Shown here: positions 1 to 12,161 of the stretch, piece by piece
How positions within the stretch are numbered: the first letter of the stretch is position 1
Layout: each line of letters starts with the position of its first letter
NCBI GenBank assembly: GCA_900617105.1
Contig: UYFQ01000217.1
Span: 1 to 47,634 of the forward strand
Source: Hydrurus foetidus
Lineage: Eukaryota
Reading direction: 5' to 3'
DNA: 47,634 bases
The notes under the pieces: generated by a model
Told to the model about the DNA's origin: nothing
What the model saw: the letters and a program-made list of their open reading frames with translations, nothing else
Database searches by the model: none
Position numbers and translations under genes: made by a program

Positions 1-1086
1 TTGTTCATACGAAACTGCCCATGCTGTCAGAAATTGAGCGCAGTTGATACAAATATCAATGCTGCTCATTTTTCAACTTCAACGCATGCTATTTTCGATA
101 CATTAAATATCGATTTTATTGGCCCATTCCCTGATAAAGGGTATATCCTTGTCATAATCGACACCTTCTCCAGATGGACAGAAATGTTCTGGTGTAAGGA
201 TGCTACGGCTCAGTCTGCATGTGAATGCTTACTGACTCATTTTGGTCGATTCGGATCGCCAAATATGATTAGATCCGATCGAGGATCCCACTTCGCTAAT
301 GATCTCATTAAAGAGTTCTTAGACCTTACGGGGACACCCCATAATCTCACTTTGGCTTATTCCTCACAAGAGAATGCCATTGTAGAAAGGGTCAACAAAG
401 AAGTGAATAGACACTTACGCGGTCTTGTGTTTGATACACCATCTCTTGAACACTATGCTAAATGCATACCTTTCGTTCAACGTATCATTAACAGTTCAGT
501 TAATCGACGAACAAATGCAAGTCCTGCTTCGATTTTATTCGGCAATAAACTTGATTTGAATCGGGGTATTTTAACACCTCATCTATTACCAACGTTGACA
601 TCTTCGAATTCAACATACATCACAGATCTCATCGGTATACAGGACAAGGTCCTCGATGCAGCAATCGGTTCTCTTCAGAAATGTGATGACAAACACAAAA
701 AGTCCACACAAGGTGTGACAGTGTTCCCCATAGGGTCATATGTTCTTGTAAAACAGGAACACCCTCCTACTCGTTTACACACAAAGTGGAAAGGGCCTTT
801 CCGTGTTGTCTCCTTTGAGGGATCCGAGTATGTTCTCGCGAACTTAATTACACACAAGCACAATAGTGTACATGTGAAGAATCTTAAGATTTTCAGTTAT
901 GACCCATCACTGGGCTTTGGCACGTCGCGATTACATGGAGTATTTCGTTTGAAAGTTCTTAGTCACACTGGTGATTCAAAGAAACTGACATCGTCGTTCC
1001 ATGATGGCTCAACTACGATAACTCACATAATACATGGCCTTGGTGAAATCTCCGGCTCTGTGATGAATCGACCGATGTATACTTGA
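1..1086 (+). pseudogene. Gypsy pol fragment (integrase; C-terminal chromodomain frameshifted)
   Basis: DDE integrase motifs in the ORF; frame is lost after ~910. Confidence 0.85.
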
Positions 1087-1511
1087 GGAACATAACATGC
1101 CGTTTTATTCCCAAGAATCTTGAGGATCAACCGATGAGGTTTGAGTTCGAACGTATTATCTTTGAAGATTTTTCCTAATTTTTGCCCTTTTCTAAGGGAT
1201 TTTATGGTTTTAGTCAGTAAAATCTGACATAATTACGTTTTCGACCCTCGTACAACAGTACTCTACTGTTTTTGTACAACCCCACCTTATCTTTCGACAT
1301 CTAACCCCAAGTTTTTCCAATTTTTCTTTTGTAAAACTTTTTATGTTCACTTTTATTTTGTTTCATATTTTCGATTTTGTAAATTTTTGTATATTTTCTT
1401 TTTCGAGTAAGTTATATAATAAGTTTTGCAAAGAAACGGGGTTAGCTTAGATTTAGTTTAGAGTTAGCTTAGATTTTTTTTTTCGAAAGAAAGAAAGATA
1501 AGTGGGGGTAA

Positions 1512-1719
1512 TGTGATAGTACCGGGTCCAGGGTCCCGATCCTACCGGGTACCGACTCTACCGGATCCTACCGGGTACTACTACTGTACACTACAGTTAG
1601 GCTGTCGTATCGTCGTAGCCATCTACAGCGTCCACTTAGAAGTTAACTAGCTTCTAGCCTAGACACCTGTAACTAAGCCTACCTCCTCTCGCCCCCCTTT
1701 CTACATTTGCCCGACCACA
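1512..1719 (+). repeat. 3' LTR of element A (~208 bp)
   Basis: Starts with TG immediately after the PPT and ends in CACA where an unrelated integrase fragment begins. Same length as the paired LTR of element D. Confidence 0.7.
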
Positions 1720-1895
1720 GTCGCCCGCTCGTATGCGTACGCGATTATGTGGCGATTGATTTCTTTGTTGATTCGTTCGACGGTAGCGTTTTCTTCTGAA
1801 CAGTATGGTAATATTTTGTTGTGTGTTGTTCCAACAATCTTTACAAACTCATCGATGATGTGACTTGCGAAGTGTGGTCCATTATCTGATCGAAG
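1720..1895 (-). pseudogene. Integrase fragment of an older, antisense Gypsy element into which A and B inserted
   Basis: Manual minus-strand translation gives LRSDNGPHFASHIIDEFVKIVGTTHNKILPYCSEENATVERINKEINRHIIAYAYERA, homologous to the other integrases here. Cut at both ends by LTR termini. Confidence 0.85.
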
Positions 1896-3265
1896 TGTGA
1901 TAGTGCCACATTCCTGCCCTCCCTAGTACCGTATGGCTGTTTGTACATGTGGCTGAGAGTCCTACTGACATCTCACAGCTTGTTAGCCTACCTTGCAACT
2001 CTTGCATGCAGAGTTTTACACCTCTGCAAGCTCACCCTTTCTCACCCCCGTTGTAAGCCAATCTACCTTCCTGCAGCTTTCCGAGCTTCTTTGGACTACA
2101 GTAAATCTACTGGTTCCGCTTTCCCTTCTAAATTCTACTACTTGGCCCTCTTCTGCCATCTATCTATTCAGCTAGATTTCTGTCCACGCGGCCCGCCCAT
2201 TTACCAGAAGTCCTTCCAAAGCATTTGGTTGGAGAACTCAGGATCGCAGCAAACGCTGTCAAACAAAGACATGTTTCGCGCTAGCCACTCGACATAGGTG
2301 AAGCATAGGTATCCCCTATCTGAATTTCATTAACCGATCAAGACTTTCAAGTTCCAAGAAGTCCTCGGCGCCTTCAAGATCTTCAAAGGAAAACAAACTC
2401 AAGATCTTCAAGGATAAACCCGATCGCCACTTCGGTGCCAGCTATAAACCGTTTCGACGCCAGCTGAAGAACAGAAGTCAATTCCTGTTTCGAAGCAACA
2501 TAGGTATCCCCTATCTGAATTGCACAAGACTTAGTGGGCTAATCATCGACAGAATTTCAAGCCTGTTTCAAGACTCAAAGCAGCCCTCAACTGCTTCTTT
2601 GGATCCTCCAAGAGCGACCAGTTGGCGAGGCAAAGATCGGATTTCAAGTGCTCCTTGCCGAAGACTTTTTCTGATTTTCTTACTTGCTTATCTTGCTAAT
2701 CCCCATCGCTCAGACACTTGTCCAACCGATACGGCACGAGGCAAACCTCTTGCAATTTTTATTTTAAGAGGAGAAGATCTTAGAGGAATAAAGCAAGAAG
2801 CACTCCGATCAGAGCTGCCTTCTAAGCAGCTCTTCAGACAAGATGGAACCAGAGCAGCCGATCCCTACTCCTTCTCCAGAGGTCCCGGAGTTAACGGAGG
2901 AAGAGATCAGGAGATTCGCAGAGACAGGGGCCGTGGATCCTCCAAGCCCTGTTAATGATTTTACCTTCTCGTTATCATCTGGGGGAGGAGAGGACCAGAA
3001 CTCCCTTACGTTCTCCATAACCAAAGCTCTTTCTTTCAACAAGAAACTCTTTGTGTTACAAAACACTCTGATTAGTTCAGAGCAAGCCAAGAGGTTCCTC
3101 GCTCAAGCTGTCACTATGGGGGATTCAATCGACATCCAACAGACTATGACGGAAGCGGCTATGGACACGTTGGACATGAAAATCCGGTGTGATCTATCGC
3201 TGAAGATCCTGAACAAGTCCGAGGTACCCCTATGGAGGACAAAGCTGTCACACCTCCAGATACTT
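1896..3265 (+). mobile_element. 5' part of a second LTR retrotransposon, element B: 5' LTR (1896-2100), UTR, truncated gag-like ORF
   Basis: TGTGATAG...ACTACA (205 bp) is followed by GTAAATCTAC, matching the post-LTR motif of element D. A 23-bp UTR repeat CATAGGTATCCCCTATCTGAATT lies at 2304 and 2499. A Pro/Glu-rich ORF starts at 2843. Right boundary approximate. Confidence 0.6.
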
Positions 3266-3340
3266 TTCAAAAATGGTGTACTTACGGGGTCGGCATACTC
3301 AGGTACCATAAGAACTGGCCTCACTACAGTACTCACTTGA
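2843..3340 (+). pseudogene. Probable truncated gag N-terminus of element B
   Basis: Position downstream of LTR and UTR; no diagnostic motif retained; 3' end probably runs into unrelated DNA. Confidence 0.4.
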
Positions 3341-3395
3341 CGTTTTTTTCCGAATGAGAGTATCACTCTTATTTTTTATTCTGCGAATGTACTAA

Positions 3396-3563
3396 GGCTA
3401 AATTCACGGGAACGCTAAAAAGTTTTCCCATATAATTATTTTATGGTAAGGTTCGAAATTTACCCTAAACTACCCCTTTTTATGGGAAAGTTTTCCTTTT
3501 TCCGCATATTTTATGGCAAAAAATTATATGGGAAACTTTTTAGCGTTCCCGTGAATTGTAGCC
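3396..3563. mobile_element. PIF/Harbinger (Tourist-like) MITE, 168 bp
   Basis: ~40-bp TIRs GGCTA-AATTCACGGGAACGCTAAAAAGTTT(T)CCCATATAATT / AATTATATGGGAAACTTTTTAGCGTTCCCGTGAATTGTAGCC; TAA on both sides (3393-3395, 3564-3566). Confidence 0.85.
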
Positions 3564-3898
3564 TAATATATAGTATTGACAGAGACACCGGACAGCGGAC
3601 AGGCAACGTGTATATTTATTAATTGTCGTGGGGGCGGCGGGTTCAACTTTCACTTTGGGTTCTTCAAGTTACCCCCCTCCCCCCCGCCCGGTCAGTCCCT
3701 CCTGGCCTAATGTTGCACTTTCGATTTCATTTCACCGCATGCAGGCGTGGATGTGATCTCTGGCAAAGTGAAGGCGACGTTCGTGTACTCTCTGCCCTAC
3801 TGAAAAATTAGCTCCGAAATCTCACGAAAGCTTCAATTTTATCTATCATCAATACCTCTCATTGGACTGGATACATCGACCTCGATTAGATTATCAAA

Positions 3899-6800
3899 AT
3901 GTTCTCTAAACTTGCTAGATCAGTGACGCTCAGGGGAGTACCCTCAAGAAACCTAGCCGCCAGCTTCGACGGTTATGGACAGCACGTTTTCAAAGGAGCA
4001 GTCGCAACTCCCTACCTTGAGAAAGCTGGTCTACCGAACAACACTCTCGACTCACCAGCTTGGACATCGAACGGAAATGCAGACAAGGTTTTGCGTGGCC
4101 TTGTAATTTGCATTACGAACCCAAAGTTGAAACTCAAAATTTTAAACTTTCCGAAATCAAAATGGATAAATCAATGATCTGAAAAGGTTGCCTCTGCTGT
4201 CCTTGCGTGGGCTAAAGATAACGGAGCCTCCGTCTACTGCCATTGGTTTCAGCCCCTCGGTGCATCAGGTGCCTGAAGCTTTCTGTATTATGTCCATACT
4301 CGATATGAGAGAACTAATTTTTTTCACTAGTGGAAGATTATCAAAATGAAGATTATTTCACGATTACGCAGGCGTTCGCCACGGCTTGAGCGCTCAGGTG
4401 CAGAACACCATGCTAGAATTTAACTCGGCGGGTCAACCTATATGGGACTTCACTGGCAAGAACCTTCTGAAAGGTAACGAATCGCAGCATAAAGACATGT
4501 CACCTGCTGAGATATCTTAGTCGAACAGAAATTCGTCAGTTACGGCCGGGTTGGAAAATAATAATCACCATGGTATTGAACAGGTGAGACGGACGGGTCT
4601 TCGTTCCCTAACGGAGGACTCCGCGCCACCCACAGAGCTGGAGGATATCTGTCAGTCGACCCGACATCTCACATCTTCCTCAGAGGAGACACCATCTTCA
4701 TCCCAGGTATAAAACATCTTCACTCGACTCTTTGTTCTGATGACTGGGCGCATCTGACAGATCATGCTGCAACCGCCCCGACTTACACAACCTTCTAATC
4801 TCTCTGTGCCATCTTGTCTGCTCTTACAGCATGCCTGGTATCTTATTACGGCCACGCCCTTGACGAGAAGACCCCTCTGCTGAGAGCCTCTGATGCCATG
4901 AGCAGAGAGGGAGCCAGACTTTGCAAGCTACTGGGCATGAAGGTGAGAGATGGCTACCTTGACAGATGACGAGTAACGTGCAGTGCAGCTTCAACATATA
5001 GTGATTGCATCAAGACAGAACACTTCACACCCGAACTCACTGCTTTCTCCACATCTAGAACGTGACCGGAGTGCAAGCGTTCATCGGTCTCGAGCAGGAG
5101 TTCTTCTTCGTGCCCAGAGACGCGTACTACAAGAGACCCGACCTCCAGCTGTCAGGCAGAACCGTCATGGGCAACATGCCACCAAGAAATCAGGAAGTGT
5201 GCGACCACTGTAAGTGTCAAGCCGCTCCACAGTGTGATATTTGTGCAGACCTTAGGCTGTAGCGTAATGCAATGCGCGTCACCTCGCAGCATTGAAAGAG
5301 ACATGATAGGCACTTGACCTTTTCCCTCAATCTCTCACATCTGCTTACCTGCGTATGAAATTCTCTTATCCATCAGACATGGCGCCACCATCCACCACCT
5401 CCGCTCCTCTCAAGTGCATGGCGGAGATCCAGGAGCAGTGCTTCAAGATGGGCATCCCACTCAGAACCAGGTGCGTCCCGTACTGTACCGTACCGTACCG
5501 TTGACAACATTGCAGCACTGTAGGTGTAAGATCTGCGCAACGAGCATGTCTAACTTAGTGCAATGCGACGTATGTCTTCTCACCCAGACACCGAGAGGTC
5601 GCTCCCGGTCAGTACGAGTTCGCCCCCCTCTTCGGCACCGTCACCACCCAAATCGATCAGAATCTGATGGTCATGCAGGTGAGACGTGACACGATGCGAT
5701 ACGATGCACCGACTAACTGCATTAACTGCCATTATTTTATGGTAAGTACACAGTGATCTTATCTCATTCTGTACGTGCAGATCATCGACGAGGTGTCCAG
5801 TCAGTTCGGCCTCGCTGCTCTCATGCACGAGAAGCCATTCGCGGTAAGCACATCTCATTTATAGTCAGAGGAGGCTACAGTAACGGAAGGAAATGATGAA
5901 GTAGACTGGATTCTGTAATCTCAGCTCAGCTGCCCAACCCGTGTCATGTCGTACATCAGTTGTCACAAGCTATTTTGACTGACTTGATTGACACCTTTCA
6001 ATCTCAAGTACCTCAATATCCTCCTCTCCCCAATTCGCCCAACACATGATCTCAGGGCTGCAATGGGTCGGGCAAGCACAATAACTGGTCCCTGTTCACC
6101 AACGAGGGTGTCAACCTCTTGAACGTTGGACAGCTCGCGAAGAAGTCAGGCAGTAGTGAGATCTTCCCCGTCATCATGGCCGCAATCGTCAAGGCTGTTG
6201 ACGAGGTGAATGCGTATGTACTCTGTGATATGAAGAGGCGTCCTGGAGTAGGGCTGACGATGACTTGACAAATATGCACACCTTTTTAATGTCTTATCAA
6301 GACGACCTCACTGTACTTAATCGCATCTAAACCTGCTCTATCCTGCCCCTCAGAACGGAGACCTGATGCGCATGGCCATTGCCACACCCGGCAACGACTT
6401 CCGCCTCGGTGCCTGCGAGGCCCCTCCCGCCATCATCTCCACCTACCTCGGAAACGATCTCTCTGAGTACTTGGAGGGATACATCGGTACGTACCTCCTT
6501 CCCTTCCTTTAGCTGTCTCTCATCCCTCGTGATGACATGATCTAACATCTCTACTTCTGCCTTTGTCTCAGCTGGAGACGCAAAGCCATACTCCTCAGTC
6601 CCCAAGCTGCTCGACATGGGTGCCTCTGCCCTCGCCCCCATCGAGGTAAATGAGAATCCTGCATGTTTATCCTATGAAAATCGCTCTCACACGCACTGAA
6701 TGCGGATTCGCAAGTTCAACTTCTGTGATACTTGACAATACCGCTCATTCTTACACGCCTGCACTTGATACCATCATATGATGACGTGACACACAGGTGC

Positions 6801-8276
6801 CTTCAGAGGACCGCAACAGAACGTCCCCCTTCCCCTACGGAGGACATCGTTTCGAGTTCAGAGCTGTCGGATCATCACAGGTCAGTCAGTGAGGAAGACC
6901 TCTACAAGTGACTACATATTTCCTTGCGTCATCCGCTGCATCTGACACGTGAAGCTCGAAAGAAGGATTAATGCACCTCTCTGTCTCTCCTTCAAATATC
7001 ACCAGAACGTGTCACTGGTGAACACCGTGCTCGCCACCATCACCGCCAAGGCCTTCAAGGACTTCGCTGACGCCATCGAGAAGGGAGAGAGCCCCAAGTC
7101 AGTCGCTCAGAAGGCACTCAAGAACAGTTGGAAGGTGAGTGCACGGACAGTTTAAGTACCGAATGAACTAGGATGTATTCCACTGTAACGCGTTATTCCC
7201 CACAGGCGCTGACCCTCCTTTCCCATCTCCTCCACTACTATCCCTCTCCCTTTATCTCCACCTTCAGGTGATCTTCAACGGCAACGGCTACGACCAGGAG
7301 AACCAGAAGATGCTCACGGACAAGGGTCTGTGCCGCATCGACTCGGGGGTGGAGGCCATGTGTCGCTACACAGAGCCAAAGAACGTGAAGCTATTTGGAG
7401 AGATGAAGGTAGAGTACACACCTCAATATTCTGTGGGAGTCAGAAATCAGAAATCCAACACAGCCTGGCCTGACTGTCGATTGATTCGCCTGCCTGCCCT
7501 CAGGTGCTGTCTCCTGAGGAGTGCGCTGCCCGTCAGTCAGTGATGCTCAACCACTATGCCGGAAGTGTTGAAATCGAGGTACCACTTCATTACACTATAC
7601 TGCGACGAATGTATCATTTTTTTCCCTGTGGCCATTCATCTACAGACTGGTTGCATTCTGTCAAGAAATGCAACATTAACTTTCTATCTTGTTCGATGCA
7701 GGTGTGCTGCATGATCGACATGATCCATCAACACGTGATCCCCTCTGCCTCCAGGTCAGGAGACAAAGCATCCGTGTCCGCTCTGACCAGTGCCGTCGCC
7801 ACTCTCAAAGCGGTGAGCTACCTCCCCTTCTATGCAGCGTGCGTGCATGGTGTTGTGATCAGTGCATCCAATCAAAGAACTTCGCTCTGTTGTGCGTGTA
7901 TTATCCTGCATACGTGACTTCATGTAACTTGGCTGTCCATGTACTTTCATCTGCATCTCAACAGGCTTTGAGCGAGATCCACCACGAGGGAGACGACAAG
8001 AAGAAGGCCACCCTTGCCCGAAACCTGAGACTCGAGACAATGATCACGTGAGTCACCCAGCGGTGCAACCTACTGCACTGAACATGTACCACGTTTCAAT
8101 TGTTACGCACTGTTCATCTTGTTCTATTTCTCATGACTGTCTTCTCTCACTGTCTCAACAGGGTGCGTGAGTTATGCGACAAGGCGGAGGCAATATGTCC
8201 CGCTGACATGTGGACCCTAGCCACTTACAAGGACTTGCAGTTCATCGACCAGAGCCCAGCTGAATCCTACAACTGA
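3899..8276 (+). CDS. GSIII: Glutamine synthetase type III, ~19 exons, ~700 aa, N-terminal mitochondrial-type presequence
   Basis: Spliced motifs [107 protein letters not shown] introns; TGA at 8274-8276. Confidence 0.95.
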
Positions 8277-9225
8277 AGCGGTGGTTATTGCGACACGATG
8301 CGATGCGATGTGATGTCAGCCATTGCCGACACCAGCACTCCTCTCTTCGGTGACCTCTGAGTGTAAGAGGTGTGATGGGGCGGTGCGGTACGAGGAGCTA
8401 ATTGCAGGGAGAGGAGAGGAGAGGGCGTGGGATGGAGGAGGATGGGAGGGACGAAGGAATGGGTGTAACGTGTGTGTGGTTGTACGGGTATGGCGATCAG
8501 TACATTTCATGTCTGGACTCTGTTGAATGCATCCCGATCGACACAATACCACACGACACGATGCAAAGATAAGCATGACCTTTACTCTCCTGATTGTCCA
8601 AGACTTGTCGGTAGAATGTAGAGAGACTAGATTACAACTACTGCACGGACGACCATCAAATTCTGATCTACACCATCTGACTAATGACATTTTTGTGTTT
8701 TTGTTTTTGTACCCCTAGAAGCTTCGCAGTGAAATTGGTTTTATTCCGAATAATAATTATAAAGTGCGGTGTCCGTCATGGATGACATTTACTCTTTCCT
8801 TGTTTTCTTTTCTAACTCTCAGATTGCTCTCAAAAGAATTGTCGTGACCGTGTTGGATGAACACACACTATTTCTGAATCTGAACTTCGAGGATGCTTCA
8901 CGCAACAGGGCGCCGTAGCATACGAGCAGCGAATGAAAGGAGAGAGGGACAGGCATGGACACCCCCTAGAAATTGTTTACCGCACAGTAGCAGAGGGATC
9001 ACCAGTGCAATCTAGTCCAGTAGTTCATGTCGTGAGGTCTAATATTTCTTCTATTGGAGGATAATACAAGCAGGTGGTAAATACTTGATGATCAGAGGAT
9101 CCACCAGAGAGGGGGACGACTATCACAATCACGATGACGCATCTTCATGCTGTCCTTGAAGGAAGTGAATGTGATCTCAGTCTCTGACGATCAAGCTTGA
9201 TGTACAGTGACTGCCATCTCAAGTT

Positions 9226-9515
9226 CTTGGTCCCCTAAGGTGTTTCGGGACTCTGTCACTATTTTTTTCGCTCATCGAATCACAAAAATCTGAATTGTGC
9301 GTTCGATTCAAAACGTCAACATTAGTCTAGGGCTGATATAAAATATGGTAGAATAATTCTTTAAATGTATGTTTGATGTTTTGCTTTTTATTAATCTCTT
9401 ACGCGCTTGCGCTGCAGTAGCATCGAGCGAATTTATGACTTTTGACGTTTTCAGTGACAAAGTGATTTCCGTAAAACATTAATGTTTGAAAAAAACGCCA
9501 CCGTAGGGGACCAAG
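9226..9515. mobile_element. MITE, 290 bp, superfamily unassigned
   Basis: 17-bp TIRs with one mismatch CTTGGTCCCCTAAGGTG / CACCGTAGGGGACCAAG; AT-rich non-coding interior; flanks AAGTT / TAGTT (imperfect 5-bp duplication). Confidence 0.7.
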
Positions 9516-10753
9516 TAGTTTTAAAATGTATCCAATAAAGTTGAAGAGGAGAGGAGAGGAAAGGGGACCAGCAATCCGGAATCTAAAATCTATAATCTAG
9601 GATCTGGGATTCACTTCATCCAGCGGAGAGTTGATTATGTTTGAGATGGAACAGCTGGTGTCTAGTCAGACGTGATATGACACATGGTCCATATTCATCC
9701 GAAGTGCTATTGCATACGTTACTGAGACTAATACTGTATCTGTACCTGTTTCTGTGATGTAGGTGATGATGAAGATGATTTGTACATCGGAAGAGCATTT
9801 TGTTTTCAACAAACTTATCGCTTTCATTTTAAGTCTGCAACTCTATGATAAAGAGCTGAATAGTACATTACTTATTCTCTTCAGTTTATGATGTTTTGTT
9901 ACCTTTTCCCTTTTTCTCATCTACAGGGTCGAGTCAGTTTAGAAATGCGCGTCCCATTTTTGCTGACGGTGTGTTTCGAGTGCCATTTTCCTATTTCATG
10001 GCGCCCTTGATGTAATTTATCCTGGCAACGCATAAATAGAATATTAATTTCCAAAGTTACAAGGCAACCCTCGCTCGACATCAAATTTGAAAGTTTTGTT
10101 ATTCAGAAAACCAGTGGCGCGAATCTTTCAATCGCAGTTGGAACGTTACGAAATAATGATAATTTCCTCAGCATTCTCGCTAAACGATCAATTTCCATCA
10201 CCAGATGTTCCAAAAAATATTACCAGAACAGATTCCCACCTTGGATTCGTGAGCGTTCTCGAACATATAATTCTGTTGTATATACATCTTGGAGAAAGGA
10301 AAAAGCAGGTCAGAAGAACCCTGCAGACTTCAGACTGCAGACTGAGATATATCAACCGGAAAGTAGGTATAGTTGTCGCGGGCCGGCGGGCGGGGCTTTT
10401 CTTCGGGGGTGCCTTCATATTTTACCGGCCGGATCCGTTTCTTGAGGAAATCTTCAAAAGCCAGAAAGCTGTGGCTCTCACATTCCAGATGTGAAGTACT
10501 TGGGGGAGGCCTCCGTTTAAAAGTCTATCATGAGATGGATGTTGTGCTTTGATCTACTCGTCGCATGTTATAAGTTGACTACCTCGTTTCATTCTCCGGT
10601 TGACTTCTCGATTGGTAAGTGACTTCTCAGTAATAGGTAGCGAAGTGCTGTAATGTTGCGATCATCAGACAACCATTATCGGGTCAGAGTATCATCAAGT
10701 TAGTGCAGTTTTAACGAGCTTCATGACGTCTATCATCATCTCTACAGCTCAAC

Positions 10754-11537
10754 ATGGCCGTCGATAAACTACCCGTCCAAATTCGTACAAGAAAGTTTAT
10801 TCGCAATGCTCTTCTAGCGAGACGCCAATTTGTAAGTCAAACGGCGCATGTTAGATGACGGAGATAGAGATGTTAATCTTTGAGAAACATAGAGAAGTAA
10901 CGGACTATCACCGCAAATATTCTAGGTGGTTGATGTTATTCACCCAGGACGTGCCAACGTCAGTAAGGCAGAGCTACAAGAGAAATTGGGAGAGGTTCGT
11001 TTCACGTTACTGATATTTGGCTATACTAAACTTCTGCATATGATCTGAACATTTCTCGACGTATTCTCTTCCGACGCACATTCAGATGTTCAAGGTGAAC
11101 GAAGTAAACAGAGTCATTCTCTTCGGATTCAGAACTGCTTTCGGAGGTGGAAAATCGACAGGCTTCGCGCTAATCTACGATACAATCGAGGATGCTAAAA
11201 AATACGAGCCAAAATACAGACTTGCAAGAGTGAGTTTTTAAGAACATTCTTGTTATGTGCAATGTCTTTGTAACCACTGACCACCATCATTTTGTTTGTG
11301 AGAGATCTTTCTGACTTTATGCAATTCCTGTCGTTCCTTTACCATGCTGCTATTCCAATCTATGGTTTGTGAATGACAATTCGTCTCATCTCTGACAAAA
11401 AATTCCAGGTCGGACTCGAGAAAAAGAGAGAGGGGTCAAGAAAGCAGATCAAGGAGAAGAAAAACAGAGACAAGAAAGTATTCGGTGTCGGCAGACGTGT
11501 CGCCAAGCACAAGGCAAAGAAGGCCGCCAAGGCATAA
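10754..11537 (+). CDS. RPS24: 40S ribosomal protein S24 (eS24), 4 coding exons plus a probable 5' UTR intron (~10615-10747)
   Basis: Spliced [40 protein letters not shown].../[20 protein letters not shown]...[28 protein letters not shown]...; TAA at 11535-11537. Confidence 0.96.
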
Positions 11538-12161
11538 ACTATATATACTCGACGGCAAAGAGATTTGTACTGCAATGGATCATCATCTACTGCCATGGAA
11601 CGAGCTAATTTAAAAAGTCAACTTTTGTATCACTTTTTTGGGAGAAATATGATCTTGATTGTTCAGCAGTTGCCGTGTTGTAATAGATCAGAGTGCCCTT
11701 ATCGATGAGAAATAAGCTGCACTTGGATTGAACGTAGGAAAGCCGTATCGCACACCGCGGAAGAGAAGCACTATCACCATCATTTGTTCACATGTGTGCT
11801 GATATTTTCACTTTATTTACGAGTGGGGTAATGGACAGAAAGACAACAGATGAAGTGATCTAGGATCGGATGGAGTCTAGGACTCTGTTCCGTTCCGATA
11901 TTAGAGATGGACGGTCACATAGGCAGTGCAGCACATGTACAGTCCCATTAGTCGCTCCCTGAGGCGGGGCGCGCTGCTCCGAATATGAACATTAACGATC
12001 GGTCTCTGCCGCCAGTGCGGTATGTGTGTCTGGCCCAGAGACCCCTTCCCGCAGGGTGAGAGAGCGACAGGGAGGACTGATTTTTTAGTTGGTCGATCCG
12101 CTCCTTGAACCTTAGCCGCGATACATTATTGGAAAATGTACAACTTATTCCCGCCTTGTGT

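Larger units (their letters stand above)
1..1719 (+). mobile_element. 3' part of Ty3/Gypsy (chromovirus-like) LTR retrotransposon, element A: integrase, broken chromodomain, PPT, 3' LTR
   Basis: ORF 1-1086 has the integrase core (CPCCQK, NIDFIGP, IRSDRGSHF, ENAIVER) and a W-GPF motif. Frameshifted chromodomain remnants (RRDYMEYF, WLNYDNSHNTW) follow. Purine tract AGAAAGAAAGATAAGTGGGGGTAA ends at 1511, followed by TGTGAT...ACCACA. Confidence 0.9.

Noticed and set aside
1430..1475. TTAG-rich repeats as telomeric sequence
   Set aside because: Short, irregular, and inside an LTR element's 3' UTR.
1519..1580. CCGGGTACC repeats in LTR A resembling the YR element termini
   Set aside because: Match limited to a ~10-bp palindromic core; no flanking similarity.
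10087..10494. 135-aa ORF upstream of RPS24 and its antisense ORF
   Set aside because: TTG start, no motifs, no supportable splice structure.
11950..12090. GC-rich stretch as an ncRNA gene
   Set aside because: No recognisable tRNA, snRNA or snoRNA motifs; probably 3' UTR.
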